The position numbers and the translations under genes are program-made. Below are positions 23,425 through 32,657 of a stretch of DNA of 40,158 bases, one piece after another. The notes beneath the pieces were generated by a model, which worked only from the letters and a program-made list of their open reading frames with translations, did no database searches and was not told the DNA's origin. How positions within the stretch are numbered: position 1 is the first letter of the stretch; the number at the start of each line of letters is the position of its first letter. Source of the DNA: Candidatus Zixiibacteriota bacterium (GTDB lineage Bacteria > SM23-81); the NCBI GenBank assembly GCA_030628225.1, contig DAOVRJ010000001.1, positions 1 to 40,158 on the forward strand, read 5' to 3'.

Positions 23425-23574
23425 TCAAGACTCACTGCGTTCCTGAGGATCTGCACACAGCTTACCTCGGGGAAACACCTCTTTCTCCAGTACAAGGACA
23501 GAAAATCCCCTGCCAGACAGCTCATATTCCACAGTGCTGCCCGCAGGACCGGCTCCGGCGACGATGACATCATA
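23425..23574 (-). pseudogene. Relic N-terminus of an FAD-dependent oxidoreductase (geranylgeranyl-reductase-family type); no start codon, premature stop
   Basis: Hand translation of the minus strand from 23574 gives YDVIVAGAGPAGSTVEYELSGRGFSVLVLEKEVFPRGKLCAD-PQERSES-stop (TGA at 23425-23427). This is a textbook beta-alpha-beta FAD-binding fold (GxGxxG, acidic residue ending beta-2, FPRxKxC). The in-frame upstream codons (..RETIG) contain no ATG/GTG/TTG, and the rest of the gene is absent. Confidence 0.6.
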
Positions 23575-23638
23575 CCCTATGGTCTCTCTCTTCCGGGGGT
23601 AGAACCTGTCCCCTTGTGACCCACGTCCAAAGCTGGGA

Positions 23639-24232
23639 TTAGCCCCTTTGCCGACGAGTGCCTTCTATCTCAAAAACGTATTGATCCACGACCACCTGAG
23701 CCAGCTCCAGAGCATCGATGCCCCCATCCTCCAGGCCCCAGAGCTTGGATTCGGGATCGCCTCCCTGGATATTCACTCCCGTGTAAATCACGACTGAGGA
23801 AGTGGTTAACACACTTGTGGAAACAGTGATCTGGGTCGATTCATGAAAAAGCTCTTCATCCCACCGCTGAACAAAATCCCCCTTGAGACGATGATCCAAC
23901 TTATCCTTCAGCACACAGAGAAGCAGACGTTGCTGGAGACGGAGCTTCTCCAGATCATCGTGCAGGTGCTCCACCACCAGGTGGAGCATTCTCCTTTTCC
24001 GAAAGATCTGGCAAGCTGAGGGAAAGGTCACAGTCCCAGATTCAGGATCAAAAGGCCCCACGAAGGCCACGATGCTCTCGCCATCCAGAGCAAAGCTCTC
24101 TCGAGCCCAACCACTATCAAGCTGGTGACCGTCGAACTCCAACTGTTCAGGTACCAAGTGCTTTTTTAATCTCATATAACACCCTCGGAAAAGTGTTCTC
24201 TTTTCGCAACAGCCAGGCAGAAGGCTGCTCAT
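23639..24232 (-). CDS. DUF366-like protein
   Basis: LEFDGHQLDSGWA...LDGESIVAFVGPFD...RRMLHLVVEHLHDDLEKLRLQQRLLLCVLKDKL resembles the DUF366 family pattern (from memory). The ATG at 24232 overlaps the recG stop (ATGA); an alternative ATG lies at 24175 (MRLKKHL). Confidence 0.5.
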   Translation of the reverse strand: MSSLLPGCCEKRTLFRGCYMRLKKHLVPEQLEFDGHQLDSGWARESFALDGESIVAFVGPFDPESGTVTFPSACQIFRKRRMLHLVVEHLHDDLEKLRLQQRLLLCVLKDKLDHRLKGDFVQRWDEELFHESTQITVSTSVLTTSSVVIYTGVNIQGGDPESKLWGLEDGGIDALELAQVVVDQYVFEIEGTRRQRG

Positions 24233-26358
24233 CCCACATCAGCCAGCTCCATTTTACTCCGGTACCGCTTCTGCAAGGTACATCTCACCCGAGTTTGCTC
24301 TGAACCACGCAGCTGGGGGTCTTTTTCCACCATATCGAAAGCCTCCTGCCGGGCCACTCTGAGAAGATCGGCGTCCCCGATGATATCGGCCACCTTCAGC
24401 TCCGGGAGACCGTGTTGCCTGGTTCCGAATATCTCTCCGGGACCTCTCATGCTCAAATCCACCTCGGCGATCCGGAAACCATCGTTGGTATCGCAGAGGG
24501 AGCGCAATCTCAACCTGGCCTCCTCGGAGAGGGGATAGCTGGCCAGGAGTATACAGTAGGCCTGATGCTTTCCCCGCCCCACTCTCCCACGAAGCTGATG
24601 AAGCTGCGAGAGCCCATACCGCTCGGCATGTTCGACGAACATAACCGAGGCGTTGGACACATCCATTCCCACCTCCACAACGGTGGTACTCACCAGCAGG
24701 TCAATCTGGTGCTGGGAAAAGGCCCGCATCACCTTCTCTTTTTGCGCACTGGGCATCCGCCCGTGAAGCAGGGCCACACGCCATTGAGGGAACACCTCTT
24801 CGGTCAAGCGCTGAGCCATCTCCTTGGCCGCCTTCAAATCCAGCTTCTCTGACTGCTCCACCAGGGGACAGATCACATACACCTGCCTTCCCTGGTGCAT
24901 CTGCTCATCCAGGAACCGGTAGATCTCCTCTCGTTTACGCTCATCGCACCACCGGGTCTTGACCGGCATTCGCCCCGGCGGCAGCTGGTCCAGAACGGAA
25001 ACATCCAGGTCCCCGTAAAGGGTCATGGCCAGACTGCGCGGAATGGGCGTAGCGGTCATGACCAGCACATCGGGACAAACACCCTTGCGGCGCAGAGCGG
25101 CCCGTTGTACCACGCCGAAGCGGTGCTGCTCATCGATCACCACCAGCCCCAGACGGTCGAAGTTCACTTTCTCCTGAATCAAGGCGTGTGTGCCGATGAC
25201 CACCTGTGCCTGGCCGTTCTCTATGAAGAGCATGGCCTTCTCGCGGGGTAACTTCTTCATTCCACCCACAAGCAGGGTCACCTGAACGCCCAGCTTGTTT
25301 AACAGGTTTTGAAGGGTGAGGTAGTGCTGCTCGGCCAGAATCTCCGTGGGAGCCATCAGCGTTGCCTGATACCCATTCTCCACGGCAATGAGCATGGTGA
25401 TCAAAGCCACCACGGTCTTACCCGAGCCCACATCGCCCTGTAAAAGGCGGTTCATCTGCCTTTTGCTTTTCATATCGGCCCGGATCTCGTGGAGCACCCT
25501 CTTCTGGGCAGGGGTAAGCTGGAAGGACAATTCCTCCAACAGCCGGCTTATGAGGCTGTTGGCCTTCTGGAAAACGATACCATCGGCCCTCTGGCGGCGT
25601 CGACTCCGGCGCAGAGCCAGGGAGAGCTCCAGATAAAAAAGCTCCTCGAAGGCCATCCTGCGACGTGCTTCCTTTGCCGCTGCTATATTATCGGGAAAAT
25701 GCACATTCTGGAAGGCCTCCCAGCGAGCCATCAGCCCATTTCTCTCCAAGATAGCGGATGATATGGTCTCCGGAATATCAGAACCCAGACGGTCCAGCGC
25801 CGGTTTGATGATACGCCTTAACCCCCGGCTACCCAACCGGGCCCGTTTCAGGTCAGCCGTGGAGGGATAGAGCGGCACCACCCGTCCTGTGTGAATGAGC
25901 TCGTGGTCGCTCCCGGAGAGAACCTCGAACTCCGGATGGGTCATGGTTTTGCCGCGGTAGAAAGTCACCGGTCCGCTGACCACCACCGTGTCACCCACAT
26001 GAAAGACTTTAGGCAAGTACTCCAGACCATGAAACCATATACAGTTGAGAAAACCAGACTCGTCCGAGAGGATGACCACAAAACGCGGCGTTTTGCCCTT
26101 TTGGAATCCGAAGGTCTCTACTTTTCCCACCACCGTAGCCTGGTCATTGGATTTAAGCTTGGCGATGGGCGTCACCGAACTGCGGTCCAAATACCGCCGG
26201 GGAATGTAGCTCAGCAAATCCTCCACCGTCTCCACACCCACAGCTTTCAACAAAGCAGCTCGCCGGGGCCCAACACCCTTGAGATACTGAACCGCGGTTC
26301 CCAAGTGCAGACCACCCCTGGCAGAGTCGCCCCGGGACAGGGAGAGTCGTTCGGCCAT
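24229..26358 (-). CDS. recG: ATP-dependent DNA helicase RecG
   Basis: N-terminal wedge/OB region followed by SF2 helicase motifs: GDVGSGKTVVA (Walker A), VIDEQHRFG, MTATPIPRS and QLRGRVGRG. Start chosen at ATG 26358 (MAERLSL), which has GGAGG 5 nt upstream. The maximal ORF starts at 26370. Confidence 0.92.
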   Translation of the reverse strand: MAERLSLSRGDSARGGLHLGTAVQYLKGVGPRRAALLKAVGVETVEDLLSYIPRRYLDRSSVTPIAKLKSNDQATVVGKVETFGFQKGKTPRFVVILSDESGFLNCIWFHGLEYLPKVFHVGDTVVVSGPVTFYRGKTMTHPEFEVLSGSDHELIHTGRVVPLYPSTADLKRARLGSRGLRRIIKPALDRLGSDIPETISSAILERNGLMARWEAFQNVHFPDNIAAAKEARRRMAFEELFYLELSLALRRSRRRQRADGIVFQKANSLISRLLEELSFQLTPAQKRVLHEIRADMKSKRQMNRLLQGDVGSGKTVVALITMLIAVENGYQATLMAPTEILAEQHYLTLQNLLNKLGVQVTLLVGGMKKLPREKAMLFIENGQAQVVIGTHALIQEKVNFDRLGLVVIDEQHRFGVVQRAALRRKGVCPDVLVMTATPIPRSLAMTLYGDLDVSVLDQLPPGRMPVKTRWCDERKREEIYRFLDEQMHQGRQVYVICPLVEQSEKLDLKAAKEMAQRLTEEVFPQWRVALLHGRMPSAQKEKVMRAFSQHQIDLLVSTTVVEVGMDVSNASVMFVEHAERYGLSQLHQLRGRVGRGKHQAYCILLASYPLSEEARLRLRSLCDTNDGFRIAEVDLSMRGPGEIFGTRQHGLPELKVADIIGDADLLRVARQEAFDMVEKDPQLRGSEQTRVRCTLQKRYRSKMELADVG

Positions 26359-26396
26359 ACATACCTCCATGGGGTCTTGGGTTGTACAGCTTCATA

Positions 26397-26425
26397 AGTT
26401 TACAACTTTTTGACCAAATGGTCAA
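26397..26425 (-). promoter_or_regulatory. Candidate sigma70-type promoter for recG
   Basis: On the minus strand: TTGACC (26425-26420), a 17-nt spacer, then TAAACT (26402-26397), about 30-40 nt upstream of the recG start. The -35 element is one arm of the TTGACC-N4-GGTCAA inverted repeat. Sequence match only. Confidence 0.25.
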
Positions 26426-26565
26426 GCCCTTTTCTGGTCCCTTACGGAAAAATTCCTTGCCATTCTCCTCCAAATTTAGTATGTTGAAAGCGTCAAGACA
26501 ATGCTGATATTTAGGGATTGTGCTTAATTTTAAAAGGGATTATTGAGCAAAAACAGGAGGCACTT

Positions 26566-26763
26566 ATGGCCAGACGATGTGAAATATGCGGAAAAGGCCC
26601 CATCACCGGGAGCAACGTCAGTCATGCTCACAATGTTACCAAAAGACGGTGGATGCCGAACTTGCAGCGCGTCCGAGTGGTCATCGACGGAAAGCCCAAG
26701 AAAATCAATGTCTGCACTACCTGCCTGCGATCGGATCGAGTCCAGAGGATGATCAAGAAGTAG
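26566..26763 (+). CDS. rpmB: 50S ribosomal protein L28 (four-Cys, zinc-ribbon 'C+' form)
   Basis: The sequence MARRCEICGKGPITGSNVSHAHNVTKRRWMPNLQRVRV...VCTTCLR is typical of L28. An AGGAGG SD lies 5-6 nt upstream of ATG 26566. The ORF-track start at 26518 is an upstream extension. Confidence 0.93.
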   Translation: MARRCEICGKGPITGSNVSHAHNVTKRRWMPNLQRVRVVIDGKPKKINVCTTCLRSDRVQRMIKK

Positions 26764-26791
26764 ATCGCTTGCGCGTGATTCAGAGATATAC

Positions 26792-26819
26792 AAAAGGGAT
26801 GCCTGGGCATCCCTTTTTT
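26792..26819. terminator. Rho-independent hairpin terminator shared by convergent rpmB (+) and radical-SAM gene (-)
   Basis: AAAAGGGATGC-CTGG-GCATCCCTTTTTT: an 11-bp stem with a GC-rich core and a 4-nt loop. A T6 run follows on the plus strand and a T4 run on the minus strand. Confidence 0.8.
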
Positions 26820-26848
26820 GCTCTGTCCTGATCTATCCAAAAAGCAAT

Positions 26849-28504
26849 TCAGCCAGCCGCCTTTTCTGCCCGCAGATATTCGTCTCGCAATTTCGTTTTG
26901 GACACGCCATGATCGATGATCTCCCAGGGCAGGATTTCTCCGAAAGCTCGCTCGCGGTGCACGAAGAAGTTCCGCTCTACCCCCACCTTACGCCAGGCCT
27001 GCGGCCAGCTTAAGCCCTCCACCTGATGGTGCCAGATCACCATACCAACACGACGGTCGCCCATGGCCAGCACTCCCTGCCACAGAGACCGGCGTGGGCT
27101 CTCCCCAGTAAAGCTCACCCCTTTCATGGCACGCAGGCCCCGAGCCAGGAAAAGCATCTTCTGACGTAACACCAATTTCCTTTTCATCTGGGCCCATTGA
27201 AAGGGCGTGGCCGCCTTGGGCACGAAGGCGCTTGCGCTGACGGTGATCTTTCGCAGGCCGGGTACCTGCCGCACCCTTCTCACCAAACCCAAAACGGCCA
27301 CAACATCCTCCGCTTTTTCTCCTGGAAGACCCACCACAAAGTAGAGCTTCAATCGGGGAATTCCCGCCTCAGCGACCATGGCTGCCGTTCGCAGCACATC
27401 CTCTTCGGTCACCGTCTTGTTGATGACCCGGCGCATCCGCTCCGAGCCCACCTCAGGCGCAATGGTGATGGTCTTCATGCCCAGCTCGGCCAGTTTGTTT
27501 ACCAGAGAAGGGGTGAGCCGATCGGCTCGCAGGGAGGAAATTCCCAGACCATCGCTGGAAGAGGCCATCAGAAGACACAGCTCTGGCAAACCGGGCAAAT
27601 CGGCCACCGCGGAGCCCACCAGACCTATGCGCCCACCCCGCTTTTGTGCCCTCTTAATCAGCAAGCTCAACGAGTCCACGGACCGATGGCGTAGGGGGCG
27701 ATAGATGGACCCCATGGCGCAGAAACGACAGCCGTAGGCGCAACCGCGCTGGACTTCGATGAGACACATGTTTTTAAAATGGCTCAGCGGCGTGATGATG
27801 GGCGAGATGGTTTGACAGACATCAAGATCGTCAACCCACTGTCTTTTGACCCTCTGCGGAGCTGGACTTCGATGCCGAATGGCCTTGATGGGACCTTCCG
27901 GAAAATAGCTCACCTGGTAGAAGCGGGGAACATAAATCCCCGTGACCCGCGCACAGGCCTCCAGGATCTCCTCTCTGGAACCGGCAACCTTCATGATCTT
28001 CATCAGGGAAGGGAGAAGATCCTCGCCTTCGCCGACGACGAACAAATCCGCAAAGGGAGCCAGGGGCTCGGGGTTCAGGAAAGCGCACGGCCCTCCCACA
28101 ATGACGATGGGATCTCCCTGCTTTCTCTGAGAAGCCAACAATGGAATGTGGGCTTGATGCAAAATCTGCAGAAGATTGAGGTAGTCCAATTCAAAGGGCA
28201 CGGAGAAAGCTACCACCGGGAATTGTCGCAGGGGACGACCGGACTCCAGTGTGCCTGACCCTCCCGTCTCCCAGAGAAAGGTCCGCTCGCACCGCACACC
28301 CTCCAGACCATTGAGAAGATCGTAGACCACCTGAAATCCCAGGTTGGACATACCTACAGCGTAACGGTTGGGAAATCCCAGAGCAACCTCTATCCCAACT
28401 GGTCCTTTAGGCCGGTGCCTGCCCCGTTCTTGATCCAGGTACCAGTTCCTCTCTGCGTTCCAGCTTTTCCCGAACCCCCGCCGACCAGCTTTACCAGACT
28501 TCAC
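26849..28504 (-). CDS. B12-binding-domain-type radical SAM protein (TIGR03960-like uncharacterised family)
   Basis: 551 aa. N-terminal ALGFPNRYAVGMSNLGFQVVYDLLN. Radical-SAM cluster motif VQRGCAYGCRFCAMG (CxxxCxxC). It starts 5 nt after the ftsZ stop. Confidence 0.75.
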   Translation of the reverse strand: MKSGKAGRRGFGKSWNAERNWYLDQERGRHRPKGPVGIEVALGFPNRYAVGMSNLGFQVVYDLLNGLEGVRCERTFLWETGGSGTLESGRPLRQFPVVAFSVPFELDYLNLLQILHQAHIPLLASQRKQGDPIVIVGGPCAFLNPEPLAPFADLFVVGEGEDLLPSLMKIMKVAGSREEILEACARVTGIYVPRFYQVSYFPEGPIKAIRHRSPAPQRVKRQWVDDLDVCQTISPIITPLSHFKNMCLIEVQRGCAYGCRFCAMGSIYRPLRHRSVDSLSLLIKRAQKRGGRIGLVGSAVADLPGLPELCLLMASSSDGLGISSLRADRLTPSLVNKLAELGMKTITIAPEVGSERMRRVINKTVTEEDVLRTAAMVAEAGIPRLKLYFVVGLPGEKAEDVVAVLGLVRRVRQVPGLRKITVSASAFVPKAATPFQWAQMKRKLVLRQKMLFLARGLRAMKGVSFTGESPRRSLWQGVLAMGDRRVGMVIWHHQVEGLSWPQAWRKVGVERNFFVHRERAFGEILPWEIIDHGVSKTKLRDEYLRAEKAAG

Positions 28505-28509
28505 ATCAG

Positions 28510-29652
28510 CTATTTCCTCAGAAAGGTGGGAATGGACAGATCACTTTGATTCACGGGGATAGGCTCCATCCTATCCTGAGGTATAAGGGATTGCTCCCTT
28601 CTTAAAAATGCTGGTCGATCCAGGCGGGAGCGCGTTGTTGGGTTCAGAAAATCGACCACCCTGGCCGCGGGCCGCCTGGTCGTGAAGTCGGTGCTCTGGT
28701 TAAGACCGGTGGCGATCACCGTGACGCGGACCTCTCCTTCGCTCCGCTCGTCGATAACCGCTCCGAAGATAACGTTCGCGTCGGGACCAGCGGCCTCGTA
28801 GATCACCGAGACGGCCTCATTTACTTCAAACAGGGATAGATCCTTGCCGCCGGTGATGTTCACCAACAACCCCTGGGCTCCGGCGATGGAGACCTCTTCT
28901 AAAAGCGGGCTGGAGATGGCCGCCTGGGCAGCCTCTCTTGCCCTGATCTCGCCGCTGGCAGATCCGGTTCCCATAAGGGCATCTTCCATCTCAGACATGA
29001 TGGTTTTTACGTCGGCAAAATCCAGGTTGATCAAACCAGGTATGGTGATCAGATCCGAGATTCCCCTGGTAGCATGCAGCAAAACCTCATCGGCCATGCG
29101 GAAAGCATCCAGGAGGGGCGTTGTCTTCTCCACGATGCTCAGCAGTCGTTGGTTGGGAATAACGATGAGCGTGTCCACACGTTCCTTTAACTGCCGAAGA
29201 CCTTCATCAGCCTGGGCCATGCGTTTGCGCCCCTCGAACTCGAAGGGTTTGGTGACAATTGCTACAGTGAGGGCTCCTTGTTCCTTGGCGATCTCGGCGA
29301 TGATCGGCGATGCGCCGGTCCCGGTCCCCCCACCCATTCCGGCGGTGATGAACACCATGTCCGCACCCGCCAGGGCTGAAATCATCAGCTCTCGGTCCTC
29401 TTCCATGGCTCGCTGGCCGATCTCTGGGTTGGCACCAGCACCCAAACCCTGGGTGATCTTGCTGCCGATCTGCACCTTCTGCTGGGCCAGGCTTCTCTCC
29501 AAAGCCTGGGAGTCGGTGTTGCTGGCTATAAAACCGACGCCCGTCAAATTGGCGGAGATCATCCTGTCGATGGCGTTTCCTCCGGCTCCGCCCACGCCGA
29601 CGACCTTCATGCTTGCCCCGCGGCCGAATTCTTGGTCCAACTCGAATGTCAT
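28510..29652 (-). CDS. ftsZ: Cell division protein FtsZ
   Basis: The GVGGAGGNA and [12 protein letters not shown] tubulin-signature motifs, plus the conserved C-terminal peptide [10 protein letters not shown]. Confidence 0.97.
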   Translation of the reverse strand: MTFELDQEFGRGASMKVVGVGGAGGNAIDRMISANLTGVGFIASNTDSQALERSLAQQKVQIGSKITQGLGAGANPEIGQRAMEEDRELMISALAGADMVFITAGMGGGTGTGASPIIAEIAKEQGALTVAIVTKPFEFEGRKRMAQADEGLRQLKERVDTLIVIPNQRLLSIVEKTTPLLDAFRMADEVLLHATRGISDLITIPGLINLDFADVKTIMSEMEDALMGTGSASGEIRAREAAQAAISSPLLEEVSIAGAQGLLVNITGGKDLSLFEVNEAVSVIYEAAGPDANVIFGAVIDERSEGEVRVTVIATGLNQSTDFTTRRPAARVVDFLNPTTRSRLDRPAFLRREQSLIPQDRMEPIPVNQSDLSIPTFLRK

Positions 29653-29694
29653 GTTTCCCTCCTTGTAAAAAGAGAACGGTTAATAAGCTGTCTC

Positions 29695-30930
29695 TCAGAA
29701 AAATTCTCCGAACCACCTCTTCATCCGGTCAAAGATCCTCTCGAACATATTATTCTCGGTCAATCTCCCCAGCCCATTATTCTCCGAACCCTGAAAAGCA
29801 TAAAGAACCAGGCCGACCCCGGTGGCATGTATGGGGTTCTGCGCCAGATCCACCAAACCACCGAACCCCTGGGGAATACCTAATTTCACCGGCATGTCAA
29901 AAACCTGCTCGGCCAGCTCGGTCGCACCCGGCATCAGGGAAGCCCCTCCGGTGACGACCACTCCCGCCGCCAACAGATCGCTATAATCGGTTCGGCGCAA
30001 CTCCCTGAGGGAAAGGCTGAACAGCTCCTCCATCCGTGGCTGGATGATAGAGGTCAATAACGACCTGGGAACCTGTCGTTCCTGGCGGCCACCGATCCCC
30101 GGCACGGTGATCATCTCGTCCTCCTCGATCATAGAAGCCAGGGCACACCCTTTCTCCACCTTGATTTTCTCCGCCTGCGATATGGAGGTCCGCAGCCCAA
30201 TGGCGATGTCTCCGGTAACGCTGTTGCCTCCCAGACCGATAACAGCCGTATGACGAATGCTTCCCTCGAAGAAGACGGCGATGTCCGCCGTGCCGCCTCC
30301 TATGTCCAGAAGCATGACCCCCAACTCCTTCTCTTCCGGAGATAAAACCGAGTAGCTGGAGGCCAGTGGTTCCAGAACGAGATCTCTCACGTTCAGGCCA
30401 GATTTTTGGATGCTCTTGTAGATATTTTGAGCCGACGTTACCGCACCGGTGACGATGTGGACCTCGGCCTCTAAGCGCACACCGGCCATGCCTACAGGAT
30501 CCTTGATGCCCGGCTGATCGTCCACGATATACTCCTGGGGCAGAATATGGATAATCTCACGATCCATGGGTATGGCCACCGCCTTGGCAGCGTCCACCAC
30601 CCGACCCACATCGCTCTTGGAGATCTCCCTGTTGGCTCCCGACACAGCGATAACGCCCCGGCTGTTAATGCTTCTGATGTGGTCGCCGGCAATGCCCGCC
30701 AACACAGAGCGCACCTCTATCCCGGCCATCAACTCTGCCTCCGCCACCGCCTTGGAGATGGACCTCACCGTTTTCTCCAGGTTCACCACTACCCCCCGTC
30801 TCAGACCTTCCGAGACACTTGTGCCCACGCCCACTATCTTCGGTTCCTGCTCATCGGAAACCTCAGCGATAACCGCCCCAATCTTAGTGGTCCCGATGTC
30901 CAATCCAACAACTACATTGTTGCTCCCCAT
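29695..30930 (-). CDS. ftsA: Cell division protein FtsA
   Basis: Actin-fold motifs VGLDIGTTKIGAVIAE and LDIGGGTADIAVF. It sits between ftsQ and ftsZ. Confidence 0.95.
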   Translation of the reverse strand: MGSNNVVVGLDIGTTKIGAVIAEVSDEQEPKIVGVGTSVSEGLRRGVVVNLEKTVRSISKAVAEAELMAGIEVRSVLAGIAGDHIRSINSRGVIAVSGANREISKSDVGRVVDAAKAVAIPMDREIIHILPQEYIVDDQPGIKDPVGMAGVRLEAEVHIVTGAVTSAQNIYKSIQKSGLNVRDLVLEPLASSYSVLSPEEKELGVMLLDIGGGTADIAVFFEGSIRHTAVIGLGGNSVTGDIAIGLRTSISQAEKIKVEKGCALASMIEEDEMITVPGIGGRQERQVPRSLLTSIIQPRMEELFSLSLRELRRTDYSDLLAAGVVVTGGASLMPGATELAEQVFDMPVKLGIPQGFGGLVDLAQNPIHATGVGLVLYAFQGSENNGLGRLTENNMFERIFDRMKRWFGEFF

Positions 30931-30958
30931 ACATCACACCTCCCTTTAGATCCAGCCC

Positions 30959-31753
30959 TCAGCTGGCTGGCTGGCAGATGAGCTGATCTTTAAACCTTAG
31001 GTCCAGACTTTTCGCCGATATTCCTCTGGCAGCCAGGTCTCCCAAAACGACCCACAGCCGCCGAAGCTTGGCATGAAGATCGCCGGAGCCCAACCTCACC
31101 TGTACCCCGTCAGGGATCAGATAAAGCAGAGGATCCTCTGGCCGGGCTACATTGATCTCGGAGATCTTGTCCAATAAAGAAGGGGCCGCCTGCAAAAGTA
31201 CCTGTCTGATCTGCAAACCTTTCCGAATGCCCAGATGCTCGAAACCCGCGCCGGGCTGAACCTGGGGAAAGATACCGGTCAGCACGGGAATGTCCTCCAG
31301 ACCCTCTTCCTGGTCCATGGGGATCACCATGCCCTCTTCGTCCAGGCCATAGAATCTGTCCGCACTAATCAGCATTACCGGTTCCCGCTCATGAATGGTG
31401 ATGATGATTTTGGAGGGAAGTTGACGACGAATAGTGACCTCCCGGATTCTGGGGTCCTGCTGCATGGCCCTCTTGATGGCCTCCAGATCCACGGCAAATA
31501 TGTTGGTGCCTGTTTCCACGGGCACCAACTTCAGGGCCAGCTGTGAGGGGACCATCCGATTGCCCCCTACGTCGACGGTCGAGAGCTGGAAAAGAGGAGC
31601 TGTTCTCGTCCAGGCAGTCAGACCGGCAGCTCCGATGAAAATGCTCAGCCCCAGCAGGGTGACCAAAAAAACCCTCTTACTTCTGTGCTGCCGGCAACGG
31701 GCCTTTTTTGGGCCAGCCGATAGCCCCCTTTTGATTCGACCCATAACCGTCAT
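30959..31753 (-). CDS. ftsQ: Cell division protein FtsQ (POTRA-containing)
   Basis: 264 aa. A basic N-terminus is followed by a single TM segment (VFLVTLLGLSIFIGAAGLTAW) and then a POTRA-like region (VDVGGNRMV...). It sits between murB and ftsA, and its ATG overlaps the murB stop. Confidence 0.8.
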   Translation of the reverse strand: MTVMGRIKRGLSAGPKKARCRQHRSKRVFLVTLLGLSIFIGAAGLTAWTRTAPLFQLSTVDVGGNRMVPSQLALKLVPVETGTNIFAVDLEAIKRAMQQDPRIREVTIRRQLPSKIIITIHEREPVMLISADRFYGLDEEGMVIPMDQEEGLEDIPVLTGIFPQVQPGAGFEHLGIRKGLQIRQVLLQAAPSLLDKISEINVARPEDPLLYLIPDGVQVRLGSGDLHAKLRRLWVVLGDLAARGISAKSLDLRFKDQLICQPAS

Positions 31754-32646
31754 TCCTCCCCAATCACGAGTATTTCCATCTGCAACTCAACCTCAAATTG
31801 GTCCTCGACTCTTCTGCGGACCTTCTCGATAAGCTGTTTCACATCCGCGGCAGTGGCCCCACCGATATTGATGATGAAGTTGGCGTGTTCGGCAGAAACC
31901 TGCGCCCCATTCACTTGCATGCCCTTACATCCCGATTCCTCGATGAGCTTTCCAGCGGCAGTCCCGGGCGGATTCTTGAAGATGCATCCGGCGCTCCTCT
32001 GACCGGCAGGCTGATGACTGCGCCGTCGGCGAAATTTCTCCATGCGCTTCTGGATAATCTGGCTGGGCTGGGAAGTTAAAGCTAGCTTGACCTCCGTAAT
32101 TATCAGGTCCCCGGGCAGATGGACCGAGCGATATTGAAAATGTAACTGGGGTGACTGCAGAGTAACGGCCTGGCCGGAGAGATCATATCCGCTGACAGCC
32201 CGTACAAACTGGCCAATAGATCTATCCCAGGCCCCGGCGTTGACCCTGATGCCTCCCCCCACCGATCCGGGGATGCCAGCCATGAACTCCAACCCTGCCC
32301 ACTCCCAGCGCCGGCAGTGGTCTAAAAGCTCCGTCACCGATACCCCTGCTCCCACCACCACACCACCGGACCACTCCTCCAATCGACAGCAGCACTTGCT
32401 CAGATCCAGGACCACCCCCCGGACCCCCCCATCTTCCACCAGGAGATTAGTCCCCCGTCCAATGACCATCAGGGGCAGCCCATGGGTCCTGGCCAGGTTG
32501 AGAACGGCCACCATCTCCTGTTCCGTTTTTGGCCGGACGAAAAAATCCGCCGGACCACCGATAGCGAAGGAGGTGTGACGATTCAAGGGTTCATCTACGA
32601 GGATTTCTCCCTTTACCAAACGCAAGAGCTCGCTTTGAAACTCCAT
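31750..32646 (-). CDS. murB: UDP-N-acetylenolpyruvoylglucosamine reductase
   Basis: EPLNRHTSFAIGGPADFF, GRGTNLLV and AGCIFKNP motifs. Start chosen at ATG 32646 (MEFQSEL), with GGAGGG just upstream. The maximal ORF begins at GTG 32661, overlapping the murC stop. Confidence 0.9.
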   Translation of the reverse strand: MEFQSELLRLVKGEILVDEPLNRHTSFAIGGPADFFVRPKTEQEMVAVLNLARTHGLPLMVIGRGTNLLVEDGGVRGVVLDLSKCCCRLEEWSGGVVVGAGVSVTELLDHCRRWEWAGLEFMAGIPGSVGGGIRVNAGAWDRSIGQFVRAVSGYDLSGQAVTLQSPQLHFQYRSVHLPGDLIITEVKLALTSQPSQIIQKRMEKFRRRRSHQPAGQRSAGCIFKNPPGTAAGKLIEESGCKGMQVNGAQVSAEHANFIINIGGATAADVKQLIEKVRRRVEDQFEVELQMEILVIGEE

Positions 32647-32657
32647 TTTCCCTCCGG

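Noticed and set aside
23370-23573. 67-aa minus-strand ORF in the DUF366/DUF1844 spacer.
   Set aside because: It is a different reading frame of the DNA whose other frame encodes an unmistakable FAD-binding N-terminus. It has no motif of its own and is best explained as a by-product of the pseudogene relic.
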